Position numbers and translations under genes: made by a program. A model generated the notes under the pieces. It had not been told where the DNA came from. It did not search any database and saw only the letters and a program-made list of their open reading frames with translations. From Carcharhinus longimanus (lineage: Eukaryota), in assembly GCA_030264375.1 (NCBI GenBank), contig JASCQW010000027.1:79481327-79537244 (forward strand): a DNA stretch of 55,918 nucleotides, given 5' to 3'. Of the stretch, positions 39,234 to 52,298 are shown piece after piece (within the stretch, counting starts at the first letter, position 1; every line of letters begins with the position of its first letter).

Positions 39234-42200
39234 TTATCTTTAAATAAAACCAAGCATCGGTTTAATTGATTATCTGTAGTGCAGAACACCTGTATTCAAG
39301 GAAAATCTCTTTTTTTACATTATGAGAGGAAATGTTGTTAACATTCATTCTTAATGGCTTCAGTATCTGTGTTAACTTAGAGATTTTAATTAAAAAGGTT
39401 TTATATCTCAAAATCCCAAAACCTTACAAAGGGAAGGATGGAAAAGGAGGGGATGTCAAATGAGAGGGCATTGAAGAGAAGGAAAAGGGGATAGTAATGT
39501 AAGGGATGGATTGATGGGTGAAGCATAAGAAGAAAGGCTAAGATGGGGGAATGGGATGGGGATGACATGGGAAGTATAGAACGGCATGGGGGGGAGGTCG
39601 AGGTTGATGGAATGAGAGAATGGTTGATATGACGGAATTGCTGTGGCAAATTAGTAGGATCAATAATTTGATGAAGTGTTTGTTGGCACAATAACTAGAA
39701 ATACTGTAATTATTGAAATTTTGTTGAAATAAAGAGACTAATTTCATCACAATTACTTTGCAGTTCTCTGATCATGCTTTACCAAAATACACAGAATCAG
39801 TTCAGTGGCTTAAACATATTGAGGACTTTAACACTTGTGAAACTGAAATGAAAGTAATCTAATTCCTTCTTTAGGAATGAAATTAATATTCTGGACTAAA
39901 ACTTTCAACTGATAGGAATGTGCCCACTGGCATGAAGCAGATTTCTGGCATCAAGAAATGAACCTTCATGGGATTTGCCTCTTGCTCCATTGATGCACCA
40001 GCTTCTGGTTGACCCTGAGTGAGAATTGCCCTTGAAATTCCAAGTCCTCAATTTGCCATTTCAGAAATGCGTCAGGCCAAAAACTCTGTGGGAACGCCAG
40101 TGTCAGAATTTCCTGGGAGGAGGGTTACCATCATTGAAAGTGGAAGGGGGGCAGCTATGACTAAGTATGCAGCCAGGGACTTTTATTGGAAATGAATTGA
40201 TGTTTGTGACCTTGGGGATGGTAGGATGTGGCACATAGGAGTTCTGTTTTCAGCGATCATTGGAGTGTTCTGCCGAGTTGTTCATGAAAATTATCTGAAG
40301 CATCCTTATTATGACAGATTCTACTTAATAGTAACCTGATTGCTCAGTGCTGAAAGTTTGTGAGTGTGCTGTGTGCACCTTATTTGACTTCCTGTATCAC
40401 TGGATATTGGAGGGCTGCAGTTTCTGATACAGCCTTTTCCTCGCTTATGATAATCTCCAGGTCATTCTGCAAAGTAGAAATAGTTAAGCACAATTTAGTT
40501 TGTTTTGAGATGCCCGAAATTGCGCTATGTTCCACCTAACTCTGCACAAAGTCTCCATTCCGCTGACTGCCATCTCATCCATGCACTCCCACCCCCCTCC
40601 ATGTTTGCTGCTCTCCTCCAGCAACTCATTACCTCATAGTTTGGTTCATGAGGCAAGTGGCATAAATTGTTTTGGTCACTGAAACACGTGAATACTGGTT
40701 CAATGCTCTCAGCTCTCAAAATTGGGCAGCTTTCAGATCAAGGACATTGGCTGGGTGGCAAAATAACATCAATACTGCCCAACAAATGTCCAGGGTTAAA
40801 ATCAATCCCAACCCCATGAGACTATCATGCTCAGACATCAACCCTTTGAACAATGGAGACACACTGGAATTTTCAGCCCTCTGTCTGATAAGATGTTAAG
40901 AAATAAAAGCAAGAGTATGCCATTTGGCCCCTCAAATCTGCCCTTTTTAATAGGATCTGATTTAGTCTTACCTCCACTTTCCTGCCAGTCAGCCATCTGG
41001 TAACCATAGAATCAATAGAATCCCTGCATTGGCAATTTGCACAGAGCATGATAATAGTTTGAAATTGACGTTCCAGCAGATATGGTTGGACATGGTTGCA
41101 CACTGTTCCTCCATTGGAGTGCCTACATCAAGACACCTAACTTTATATTAAATAATACTGCAAACCGCTTACTGCTGCTAACAATTCATATTGCTATTAC
41201 AAGGATTCCACTTTTTTCCAGTTTCAATTCCAAAAATGATATTATGCAGAAACTGTTCAGGAAATGTAGTTTGGTTAAATCAGAAGCTGCAGTAACTAAC
41301 ACAGGCAATATACTTAAATGGATATTATCCCCACCATTTGCATCTATTTTGCATCTTTACTGATCCAAAGCTAACAATCAGACAAAAATAAGGAGAAATA
41401 AATCCACTCCTTTCTGAGCAATCTACCAAATGGACACACAACGTCACTGTACAGAGTCCCATGCACAGCTCCACTTCAATCAGGGATTAACTATGAAACA
41501 AGTATTAGCTACACCACAACATAATCAGTCCCGCCTGGCTTCCTCACTACACAAATCATTCTTTGTCTTCTTGTAATTAATCTTGGCTGAGAATGGATTA
41601 GCTATTAACTCTGCCAATTTTATGCAATAGCTTTGGTTGCTCTGACAGGGAGAGAAAACACTCAATAGTCAGTTACTTCTTATACATCCTATTATAGATA
41701 TTCTTTGCTGGGAAGGAGTAATCCTTTGATCTCCCAAATAGCCACTCAACTTTGATACTTGATCATATTTTGGTTTTAGTTTGTTTTTGAACACTTTCTG
41801 GAAGCTCCTTAGATAATGTCCATCTGCCATCTACCTTTTATGAAAAGAACCACTATTAACAATCTCATTTCAGAGCTTCTTTGCCCCTGGCTTAAGGATT
41901 TTGGGCATAGATTTCAAAATCAATGCAACACCACTAGTTTATATTTGCTTGACACAGAGGTACAATGACACAAAATAGTAAATCACACAATGCATTTGTG
42001 ATTTCCTAAATGACCAAAGATAAATCTGTTTTTTTATAACAATCTAAACAGGAATACTGTTAGAATTCTGATTTCTGCTGGTATTTAAACTTAAATTATA
42101 TAGTGTATAGTACTGATTCCCACTCTCAACTGGTCTAAAATAATTGCCTAATAAATCCTCAAGCACTTGGTATAAATTGCTCACGGGTGGAATAAAGAAC

Positions 42201-42611
42201 TTCTCATAAAGGGCCACTGCAATTAGTAGTTTATAAATATTGTATGGCCTGAAAATGAACCAATGAGTAATAGCAGATGGGCAGAGTGCAGACTATCACT
42301 TCATTCCTTGGAGTCTACTTCTCTGATTGTTAATTATTACTCATTGAAGACAGACGTTAACTGATATTTTAGTGGATTCCTTTGCCATGATGCCAATTTG
42401 CTCTCAATGATTGGATACGAGTGTCACAGCACAATGTTGTATTATTGAGAGCATTGTATAACTTGTGCTGCTAAAAAAGCCATTTTTTATTGAAAATTAA
42501 ATGGAGATCAATTGGATTATGCTGATAACTGTGCACGAATCCGTATGGGTGATTAACCCTGCTGTGATTTCTGCAATATGCAAACTTGTTCAATCTGTTA
42601 CTTTAACTGGT

Positions 42612-42741
42612 GTCTGTGTCTATGTATGCCCTGTTTGTAAACCCAACTCTTCACTCACCCGATGAAGAAGCAACACCCCGAAAGCTCGTGCTACCAAATA
42701 AACCTGTTAGACTTTAACCTGGTGTTGTGAGACTACTTACT
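42612..42741 (+). mobile_element. Penelope-like terminal unit with degenerate minimal hammerhead core and 14-bp flanking direct repeat
   Basis: cacccgatgaagaagcaacaccccgaaagctcgtg; ttactttaactggt at 42598-42611 and 42737-42750. Confidence 0.7.
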
Positions 42742-44089
42742 TTAACTGGTAATAATCTGCAGCCCATTGCTAAGCACATTGCTGAGTGGGTACAGACTGT
42801 GCCAGATTTATGCAGAAGCCAAGTAAGCTGCAGCTTAGGGCCTCATAATAGGAGAGGCCTCTAAATATGAAAAAGAGGACTCAATTTTAAGTTTTACAAA
42901 GGGAAAAAGAATTTTGAAAACAGACACTTTGTTTCTAATATGGCAAAAATATACTTATATGGCCACACAATTAGTTGTCATATTGAGTTTATAAATCTGT
43001 GCATAAATTACGATAATTCACATCCACAGTGCCACCTTTCCCTTGTACTCCAACAAATAAAAGTGCCAAATAGGTTATCTCAAGACAACAATTAAAAATA
43101 ATTTGTATTTAAAAAAAGTCTTCCTTTTAAAAAAAATCTAAAAATTAATTTAGAAAATACATATGTAATGCTGTTGTAATCCATGATACAGTTGTCTTGA
43201 GAACATTTTGTGCAGTGGCAATAGTTGTGCCTTGTTCGAGTTGCACAAGGACCTCCCTTCTCTTCTTGAAACCAGGTAAATATGTAAATATTCTTGAAAT
43301 ATGTATTTTTTTTCACTTCTACTTGTAAACATAAAAGGATTAAGTTCAAAGAATTTGCCTAACATTTAATTTTCTCATGATGTTAAGGAGGCCTGTTCAA
43401 AATGAAAAGAACTTTTAGAAAATTAACTTTTGGAAAATCAGAAGAGAAAAGAGAAGCAGCAGCTTGAAGGGTGGATAAAATAATTGTCAGAAGTTGACAG
43501 TTACTACATTGCAAAAAAGGACTGGCTCACAGCAATCACAAACATTCACCTCTTCTACAAAGATAGATGATACAATGTGAACTACACCTGAGAAAGTTAC
43601 AGAGCCTGAAATCTGGGCTGGAGGAAATAGACAAAGTCCAATGATCATGGTCTCTGGGGTAACTGATTGAGGATAATATTTCATTCTGGAGACAGAAGGA
43701 TCTCTCAGGGTATCAACATAAAAACAGCCCCTTTGAGAAATTGAAGCAGTCATTCAAAAAACAAATTAGATATTGTTCAAAGGGTCTATTTCATTCAGCG
43801 AAAGTTAATGGTGAAAAATACTAACAACAGCAGCTGCTATATGCTCCAACAACCTGTTATGTTTATTATTTTATCTGCAAGCTCTCCTCAATTAACATCA
43901 TCAATGGCACTGACTAGTGATGGGTTTAATGTGTGGCAAAACCCTGTTGGAATTCAAAATCATGTGAGCTCTGGGGATCATAGATGAGCTTTGCTTACAT
44001 ATCTGACAAGGCAATGTGGGTTAACCTTGGAGTCACACCTGATGGGTCAGAGCATTAATAACTGAAGCATAACTCTCAGCTGTAACTGG

Positions 44090-44550
44090 GGAGGCAACAG
44101 CCAAGTGGTATTATCACTAGATTATTAATCCAGAAACTCAGATAATATTCTGGGGACCCGGTACGAATCCTGTCATAGCCAATGGTGGAATTTGAATTCA
44201 ATTTAAAAAAATGTCTAGAATTAAGAATTTAATGATGACCATGAAACCATTGTTGATTGTTGGAAAGCCCCATCTGGTTCGCTCATTTTTTTAGGGAANN
44301 NNNNNNNNNNNNNNNNNNNNNNNNNNNNNNNNNNNNNNNNNNNNNNNNNNNNNNNNNNNNNNNNNNNNNNNNNNNNNNNNNNNNNNNNNNNNNNNNNNAA
44401 GGAAATTTGCCATCACTTACCTGGTCTGGCCTATGTGTGACTCCAGATCCACAGTAATGTGGTTGACTTTCAACTGCCCTCAGGCAACTAGGGATGGGCA
44501 ATAAATGCTGGCCAGCCAGCAATGTCCATGTCCCATAAATGAATAAAACA
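44090..44550 (+). mobile_element. Second-family tRNA-derived SINE nested in the hAT element
   Basis: gtggtattatcactagattattaatccag...ggtacgaatcc head; tail gggatgggcaataaatgctggccagccagc...gaataaaa. Confidence 0.8.
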
Positions 44551-44847
44551 AAAGCCTTTGCATGTGTTTCCCACCTAGTGTCAGAGAGATGAAGGAACAG
44601 ATTTAAAAAAGGGGCAAGAGTAGTGGAGGCCTGAACTAGATCATATTATTGCAATTATGTGCGCATTAGCAGAAGATGGACCAGCTTTTAGTGAAAAGTT
44701 TGGCTTGTCACATAATGGGTACTTTCTAGAACTCATTGCGAAGTTTGATCCATTTCTTGTCAGCCATATAAAACATGGAAACAGTGGATCTGAGAAGCTT
44801 TCATTTTTGTCTAAAGCCATGGATGATGAACTCATCCAGTTCAATGG

Positions 44848-44940
44848 ACTCACCCGAGGAAGGAGCAGCACTCTGAAAGCTCATGATTCCAAATAAATCT
44901 TGTTGGACTTTAACCTAGTGTTGTGAGACTTCTTACTGTG
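44848..44940 (+). mobile_element. Penelope-like terminal fragment with degenerate hammerhead core, nested in the hAT element
   Basis: actcacccgaggaaggagcagcactctgaaagctcatg...gttggactttaacctagtgttgtgagacttcttactgtg. Confidence 0.65.
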
Positions 44941-44972
44941 GCTTCAGTAAATGCAAAAGGACAGTCATATGT

Positions 44973-45312
44973 AGGCAGCACAGTGGTTAGCATTGTAGCC
45001 TCACAGCCCCAGGGAGCCAGGTTCAATTTCTGCCTTGGTTGACTGTCTGTTTCGAGTTTGTACATTCACCCCATGTTTGTGTGGGTTTCCTCAGGGTGCT
45101 CTGGTTTCCTCCATAGTCCAAAGGTGTGCAGGTTAGGTGGATTGGCAACACTAATTCGCCCCTTAGTGTCCCAATGATGTGTAAATTAACAGGGTAAATG
45201 TGTGGGGTTAAGGGGATAGGGCATGGGTGGGATCTTCTGTCAAAGTTTTGGTGCAGACTCAATGGGCTGAATGGTCTCTTTCTATATTGTATGGATTCTA
45301 TGAATCTATGAA
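44973..45312 (+). mobile_element. HE1 SINE nested in the hAT element
   Basis: Head, central domain and CR1-type tail ending (tctatgaa)n. Confidence 0.9.
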
Positions 45313-45994
45313 TGATAATGGAGCTAACATTGCAGAAAGATAAAATGGCATGCAGCAAATACTTCTGGGGAAAACAAGTTTGCTATATATATCCCATGTG
45401 CTGGACATTCACTGAAACTTGTCTGCACTGCTGTTGATTGCTGCCTGGATGTAATAAATCATTTTTCTGTTGTGCAACACTTATACACATTCTTCTCTGC
45501 CTCTACATAACACTGGACAGGACTCAATTCATTCTTAGCTCCTGATTCCACCATACTAAAACATCTCTCTGACACTGGGTGGGAAGTGCATGCAAATGCT
45601 TCTTTAGCCAAAGACGCAAGTTACAGTTCAGATATTGATACTCCTACTCATCTTCATACTGATGACACTAAACAGTGTGATATTAGGAGAAAAGCTGGCA
45701 TTCTGCAGGAGAAAATGGAGGAATTAGAGTATGTGTTCATCTCAGAACTTATAAGTTGTTTGTTAGACCAATTCCAAAATGCCAGCCAGGCCCTACATGA
45801 TCCACAGAAAGACTTAGTACACGTGCAGAGATTTACACATCACTCACGTCTTAAAAGAAACCCAAGGAAGTTTTGAAGAAGCTGAATTTAAAGCAAAGAT
45901 AAGTCTGTCTGATGTAGAATACAAATTTGTGAAAAGAAGGGAAGAAATGAGGAAGGAAAGAAGTCAATGGTGGTGATGCACCAAATGCTAGGAG

Positions 45995-46145
45995 GTCCCT
46001 TGGCACAGTGTACCGTCCCTATCTCTGGACCAGCAGCTCTGGGTTCAAGCCCAACACTAGGACTTGTTGATCATGGGAAAAGCACTCATAATGCGATTCT
46101 ATGAGTTGAAAATCAGCTTGGGAATCATTCCACCACTTCCTCACT
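45995..46145 (+). mobile_element. Short tRNA-derived SINE-like insertion (third family) in the hAT element
   Basis: A-box-like tggcacagtg and B-box gggttcaagccc; interrupts the transposase frame. Confidence 0.45.
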
Positions 46146-46535
46146 GTTCCCCAAAGGGAGAAAGAGTGTGGGTGTGAAGATATGCTTAAAAAAAATGCAG
46201 ATGAAAAGTTTTCTCCAAGAGACACACTTTAAGTGAAATCCTTTATTCTATGATGGATGCATTTGAAAGGAACTTGAAGAAAAGAGCAATCAAATACAAA
46301 TTTGTTGTGAACAATTTTTATTTTTGGTTGCTGTAGATGTCTTGTAAAAACAGCTGCGTGAAGCAGTAAGTCTTCTGATAAAAATTATCCTCACAATGTT
46401 GATATTAATCTGGTTGGAGAAATAAAACACTTCTAAGCCTATATCAAGAAAAATTATTCAGATGAAGAAACTTTATGCTACCAGGACCTATATCATGTCA
46501 TCATCCAAGACAAAATACAGCTGGCTTTCCCTAAT

Positions 46536-46860
46536 GGGGCAGTATGGTGGCACAATGGTTAGCGCTGTTGTCTCACAGCGCCAGGGACCCAGGTTTGATT
46601 CCCAGCTTGGGTCACTGTCTGTGTGGAGTTTACATGTTCTCCTCATGTCTTCGTGGGTTTCCTCCAGGTGCTCCAGTTTCCTCCCAAACTTCCAGGATGC
46701 ATGGATTAGGTTGATTGGCCATGATAAATTGCCCCTTAGTGTCAGGCGACTAGGAGGGTAAATATGTGGTGTTGTGGGAATGGGACTTGGGTAGGATTAT
46801 TGTCAGTGCAGGTTCGATGGGCCAAACAGCCTCCTTTTGCACTGTAAGAATTCTATGAAT
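46536..46860 (+). mobile_element. HE1 SINE nested in the hAT element
   Basis: ggcagtatggtggcacaatggttagcgctgttgtctcacagcgccaggg head; tail gggccaaacagcctccttttgcactgtaag. Confidence 0.9.
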
Positions 46861-47552
46861 ATAGAAGGAATATTGCTGTTCTTTTCAAGTCCAATGGTAA
46901 CAAACAGCTGAGGAGAAAGGTCATTTCTACAGCTGAAAAACGTCAAGAATGAACTGCGGACAACAATGCTGCAAGTAAAACTGTCGGCACTAAGCATCAT
47001 GCACACAGAGAGTGATTAACTTCTTAGCTTATCATTTGAGAACAGCACCGATGACTTTGCTACCCACAGATCGCAGAAGAAAATGTTTGACATTTTGAGC
47101 AGGTTGCATTCAGTCAGTGCTGATCTGAGTAGTTGCTTTTGTCTGTAGATTATAAGTTGTCATGCATGCTAATTAAGAAATCTGTAAACATTTCATTATG
47201 CAAACAGGCCTATTGCATGATTTTAGTTAGATTTTTATTTTGCCTCATGTGTCTATATGTGTAAAGTTTCAACATTTTCTAGTCTCACTGTGCTTTCTAT
47301 TTTTTTGGTAATGCTATGGGACCTCTTAAGCTTGATACAGTTCAGCATTTTAAAATCTATCCTTGGGTGCAAGTCTCAGCATGGGGCCAAGTTTCACTGA
47401 GACCTACATTACTTAACGTCAGACTGCATTGTCCAACGATGGGATAGTTTGGATGGAACAGCTGTTGAAAGCCAGTTCAAGGTGAGTCTCTGAGCAGAAA
47501 GTGAAGGGGAACTAGTGCCAGAGGCCAGAAAACGTGCCTCTAGGTTTTCTGT

Positions 47553-47689
47553 GGAGAGAGAATAGAGCCAACATTTGACTTGAAACATTGGCTCTATGCT
47601 CTCTCCATACATGCTGTCAGACCTGCTGAGAGTTTCCAGCATTTTCTGTTTTTGTTTCAGATTCCAGTATCCACAGTACTTTGCTTTTA
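47553..47689 (+). mobile_element. Penelope-like hairpin unit with 16-bp flanking direct repeat
   Basis: cctctaggttttctgt at 47537-47552 and 47690-47705; internal inverted repeat ggagagagaatagagccaa/ttggctctatgctctctcc. Confidence 0.75.
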
Positions 47690-49502
47690 CCTCTAGGTTT
47701 TCTGTTGCCCACTGGAGATGAACATATGGATACATGTCCTGCATCTAAGGGGGAACCAGGAGGTCTCCAGACAGACATTACAAAGGCAGTGACAGGAGAT
47801 TGCCATATCAACCAATATCAGTACAGCTCCAAAGCAGTGCTGGAAAGAGTTCAACAGGCTCACAGAAGTAGCTAAAGTCAATGAATGTATTATTAAACAC
47901 TATATTTTGATAGCTGAACCATTAGTCTGATACCCTCCTCCATTCAACCTTTTAGTTCACCTACCAACAATTTCTATCAAGCACAGCTCAAATCCAACAT
48001 TCAGTGCCTGACCACAACTCATACACTTAGTACTCACACACATTCACATCTCAGAGCTGGCTTTTCAACTATGATGGTTACTTCACCTGAAGACATCACA
48101 GCACACTTCCTGATACATTTCTCAACCTCTGACAAATCAGCTTGCTCATAATTGAAGGCAGCACCCAATCAGCTGGGGACAGACACAGCTGCAAGACTTT
48201 ATCCTAATGGAAGAGATGGTGCCAGCAACCTTTGGTGTAGCCACGACTGAGGCAATTGTGACTTAGGTGGCTGAAGTTATTGAGGATGATGGTATGTTCC
48301 CACTTAACTCACCTCCTCACATCCCACTTCCCCTCACTTCACAATTTCTCACGATTTACAAGATGTAGATACTGTAAGTAAACAAGCCTTGCTTTCAACT
48401 TGTCCCTCATCTCAACACTGCCCTTGGTCCTTCATTATTTCAGACACACAAGAACTGCCAGCTGGTCAACAACAGGTACTTGTGGTGCAAGAGGAACAAG
48501 AGGCTGATGAAGAAAAAACACCATCAGCTCAAATGCAGGCACTGCACAAACCTTAGTGGGTGGTATAGAGACTGGATCTATAGATGGTGAGTCACCAGGC
48601 ATGAGTAAGCTGCAGGGAAAAAGGATAATGTGCATACCAGCTCACCAGAAAGCAAAGTTTCACATGAGCTCTGACACAGAGAGCTTAGATGAGGATTTCA
48701 GTGGGTGGCATTCAGTATAAGGCTGATGGGGTGTGCACACAGAAATGTTTGATGCTTTGACAGGCCTGCCAGAAAGCCTACCGTCACTGTCAAGGAATGT
48801 TAAGGATTCCAGCTTCACCTTGGATATGGAGTTTGAATAGTGTGTGGAGCCCATCCTTTCCAACACGTAATTTTGTACGCTTCAGCATTGTTAGCATTGC
48901 AAATGTCTGCTGTTTGATATCTCAGCTTCCATTGCTGCACAAGCAGAAGTTGTCTAAAGTCTGGATGCTGCAGTGAAAACTCAGACTGGGATCATGACAT
49001 TTCAGCTTGTTGCCCTGCAGGCTCAGACTGCTGCCATCATGAATGTTCAAAGGAGTTTAAGGTTCTCCAACAAATAGAAGGATGAACCTGCTGTTCTTTC
49101 TCAGGATGATCACATTTGTGCACCAGTGCTGCTACTGTTAGTTCTCAGCTGGCCCAAACCGTGGCAACCCATTCTGAAGTTACACAACACAGAGTTGGCC
49201 CTCCTAGGCCCATTTAATCAAGCTGTAAGGCCATCCGCAGAAACACTTACTGAAGGTCAGCAGTCTTCTGCCAACTGTGGTGTCACAGTCACATGGATAG
49301 CATTGCATTGGAGCAGAATGCCTGGCAAAGGCAACTTATAGACAGGCACCAAGGGAACACTGAATGGTAATTGTTTGACTTTTGTTTGGGGTATTGGATG
49401 GTTTAGTTGATAAAGTTGGTATGTGTCGGTTGTTTTGTGGTAGTTTTTATCCCAGCATTACAGCCAGGATGATCACGGTGAGCCAGGTGCAGAGTGAATA
49501 GT

Positions 49503-49728
49503 CACATGGTCATAGAGGTTTACAGCATGGAATAAGATCCTTCGGCCCAACTTGTCCATGCTGCCCAGTTTTTAACCACTAATTGCCTGCATTCGGCCCA
49601 CATCCCTCTATGCCATCTTACCCATTTAACTGTCTAAATGCTTTTCAAAAGACAGAATTGTACCCATCTCTACTACTGCCCCTGGTAGCTCGATCCAGAC
49701 ACTCACCATCCTCTGTGTGAAAAAATTG
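49503..49728 (-). mobile_element. CR1 3' fragment, same family as 9472-9862
   Basis: catagaggtttacagcatgg...ccagacactcaccatcctctgtgtgaaaaaattg. Confidence 0.85.
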
Positions 49729-51349
49729 ATGGCTGAAAGGCTGAGGGAACAATGGAGTGCCACGTCATGACTGCTCCCAGAGCAGCAAGACATTCACCAG
49801 CATGATGCACTGAGCTGTACACCAATGGCACATTCAGTGAGTGACAGTGTTGTGGTTGTGATATATCTCACCTTTGAACTGTGTGACTGGATATTCCTAA
49901 GAGGAATTATAACTATCACATCCATGACTAGAACAGTTGGTTTGACCAGAAGCCTTGCGGTCACAACCAAGGTTTTCTCCATGTGCAGCCCCACTCCATC
50001 GAGCAATCTCCAACTTTCACCAATCAATCCATACCAACTTTATCTACAAACCGCAAACTCAGCCAGTAAAGCTAAATCAGAAACTAACTTGAAAGTAGTT
50101 GATGCTCCCTTTAAATAACACTGATGATGGTCCTTGCTGCTGCTGAATGCATGTTCAGTTGTACATGATTACGAGAGGGTGTTAGCCGGAGCAGTGAGGC
50201 TGAAAATGGTGTTAGATAGTGTAATGTCACATACTGCTTACTCTGCAAACTTGCCATGCATGTTCTTAATGCCTGTGCTAATGCCATCCCCATGAGTAGG
50301 CTATTCAGTGTTAATCATGCTGCAAGGGTGCACAAATGGTGCGGATACCATTTTAGTATCACAGCAGCACCCAAAACTGGAAATGCTACAAAACCCAATT
50401 TTGCAGCCTTAAAGTCAGTTAATTTTACAAACAAGTAGCAATGACGGCTATGAGGGCTGTGCTGAGGTCTCAGCCAAGGCTAGCTATCATCCTTGATCAG
50501 TGAAAACAAAGGGGCACTGTCAGAATTCGTCCATTACTCCTCGATTGCAGCCAAATCCTATCTCCATGACAACATATTGTGCTGTGAGAGAGGCAATAAG
50601 GTAATTTTCTTTAAAGCTATCTGTTGTCTTCGTTTCCACCAATAACAGAATGTAACAAAACATTTTCTTTCCATTTCACTGCTACTGTTATTTTCCATTC
50701 AATTGTGTCTTTGTCTTAATCTGTAACACATATAGCCATGGTTAACTATTGTAGCAAAGGATAACAAAGGCAGCACAGTTTTCTCCTTTAAATCTTTGAC
50801 GTGTAAACTGATCATAGAATTACAAAAGTCATCCTTCAGCATATTCATTAATTGGAATTTTATGACTTGAAAATGTCTGGGAAATGTAAAGTGCATTCAT
50901 TTATTTATTATTTTTCCGGCCAGTATTTTTTTTGTACCAAGTGATGATGATAATGACAACAATTATGCAATTAGAAAAGTAGCAGAATCAGAATGACAGA
51001 GGAACAGAGCACAAAGTAGACCTGAACATAGGCAAAATCAGAACTGCACTCAGGCGAAGCACAAGGACGTCAATGGGCTGGAAGCCAGTGCCTGGAAAAT
51101 TGTTTTTGGGCACTAGTCCAGAGGTTTGTATCATGTTGGGGGGAGGCGGTGAAGGGATTTTTCAGTGAGGCAGCATTTCTTTCTACATTCAAGATATAAA
51201 TCTTGATTCCAGCACAGTGAAGCCCAGGTGCCATAGGGGAGAACTGCCCTTGTTCAGGAGCAGACATTGGAAATGTTAGTACAGGAGGTGCGGATAGCTT
51301 TGTTCAGTGCAGATGGGCATCTTTTGGTGAAAGCAAAGATGTAAGCTTA

Positions 51350-51656
51350 ATCATAGAATCCCTGCAGTACAGAGGGAAGCCATTTGGCCCATCAAGCCTG
51401 CACCAACAATAATCCTAGCCAGGCCCTGTTTCCATANNNNNNNNNNNNNNNCTTACTAATCTCCCGACACTAAGGGGCAATTCGGCATGGCCAATCAACC
51501 TAACCTGCACATCTTTGGACTGCGGGAGGAAACCGAGGCACCCGGAGGAAAGCCACACGGACAGGGGGACAATGTGCAAACACCACACAGACAGTCACCT
51601 GAGGCTGGGATTGAACCCAGGTCCCTGGCGCTGGGAGGCCACTGTGCCACGTTGCC
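51350..51656 (-). mobile_element. HE1 SINE nested in the env-like fossil
   Basis: Reverse-complement tail, central domain and partly deleted head. Confidence 0.9.
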
Positions 51657-51744
51657 TATCTGGATTGAAGAAGCAAATAAGTGCAATGGAGTCCCAAATC
51701 AGTATAAATAAAAATTTGCATGCTTTGATGAACAGTCCACAGCC

Positions 51745-51822
51745 GAAAGGTCAACTTGTCTGTTTCTCTTCACACATGACCTGCTAAATATTTCCAACAT
51801 TTGTTGCTTTTGTTTCTCGGTC
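51745..51822 (+). mobile_element. Penelope-like terminal fragment nested in the env-like fossil
   Basis: cgaaaggtcaacttgtctgtttctcttcac...tgacctgctaaatatttccaacatttgttgcttttgtttc. Confidence 0.5.
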
Positions 51823-52298
51823 TACAGACTCTGGATCCAATTAAGGACAAATTGTTTAATGCACTGAGAAGGAGTGCCAGAATAAGTGCATGCCCCTTTC
51901 TTATTCATATTTTGGCATGGTATACATGGCACAAAGAAACATTGCTGGTCTTTCAGGGAGGTACCTTGCAAAGTATCCAAACTTTCAGTACAACTGATGA
52001 GAATCTGCAAAGCATAATTGTTTTTTTAAGAACACAACAGCTGGTGTTGTGATATCCAATAATTGAAAGGTCTGTTCTGAACTGGAAATTGCACCCTTGT
52101 TGCAGTAGATTCTGTTCAGGCCACATGACCACTTGTCAGGGCATGCTGCCAATTTCTTACATTTGGATATCTTATGAATGTTGCCACAGAAAGACTGTTC
52201 ATTATCAGTGTGAGCAAATGAAAGAAGTAAGACCATCACGGTCAAAACAGCTGACATGGTATGAGAAGAAATCCCAGGAGTTTTAGACTTTCATTCAT

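Larger units (their letters stand above)
42797..47365 (+). mobile_element. Near full-length decayed hAT DNA transposon (ZMYM1-like transposase) with nested insertions
   Basis: Colinear remnants: QIRYCSKGLFHSAKVNGEKY...VYYFICKL (zinc finger), NGYFLELIAKFDPFL...LSKAMDDELI, DNGANI...IPCAGHSL...LSDTGW, VTNS*GERSFLQLKNVKNELRTTM (dimerisation domain); degenerate TIRs and 5/8-matching 8-bp flanks. Confidence 0.9.
47384..50408 (+). mobile_element. Decayed Harbinger transposon (Myb/SANT gene remnant on +, weak transposase remnant on -)
   Basis: ARKRASRFS[insert]...APKQCWKEFNRLTEVAK resembles the Harbinger Myb/SANT R..RFS...QC.KKFNDL; degenerate ends ggggccaagtttc / caattttgcagcc|tta. Confidence 0.6.

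Noticed and set aside
51985-52257. Stand-alone secreted Cys-rich or LRRNT-type host peptide (ACC-ATG context, hydrophobic N-terminus)
   Set aside because: Protein-like frames continue upstream (KSKTPG) and downstream after a poly-A frameshift; better explained as an internal piece of the env-like fossil.
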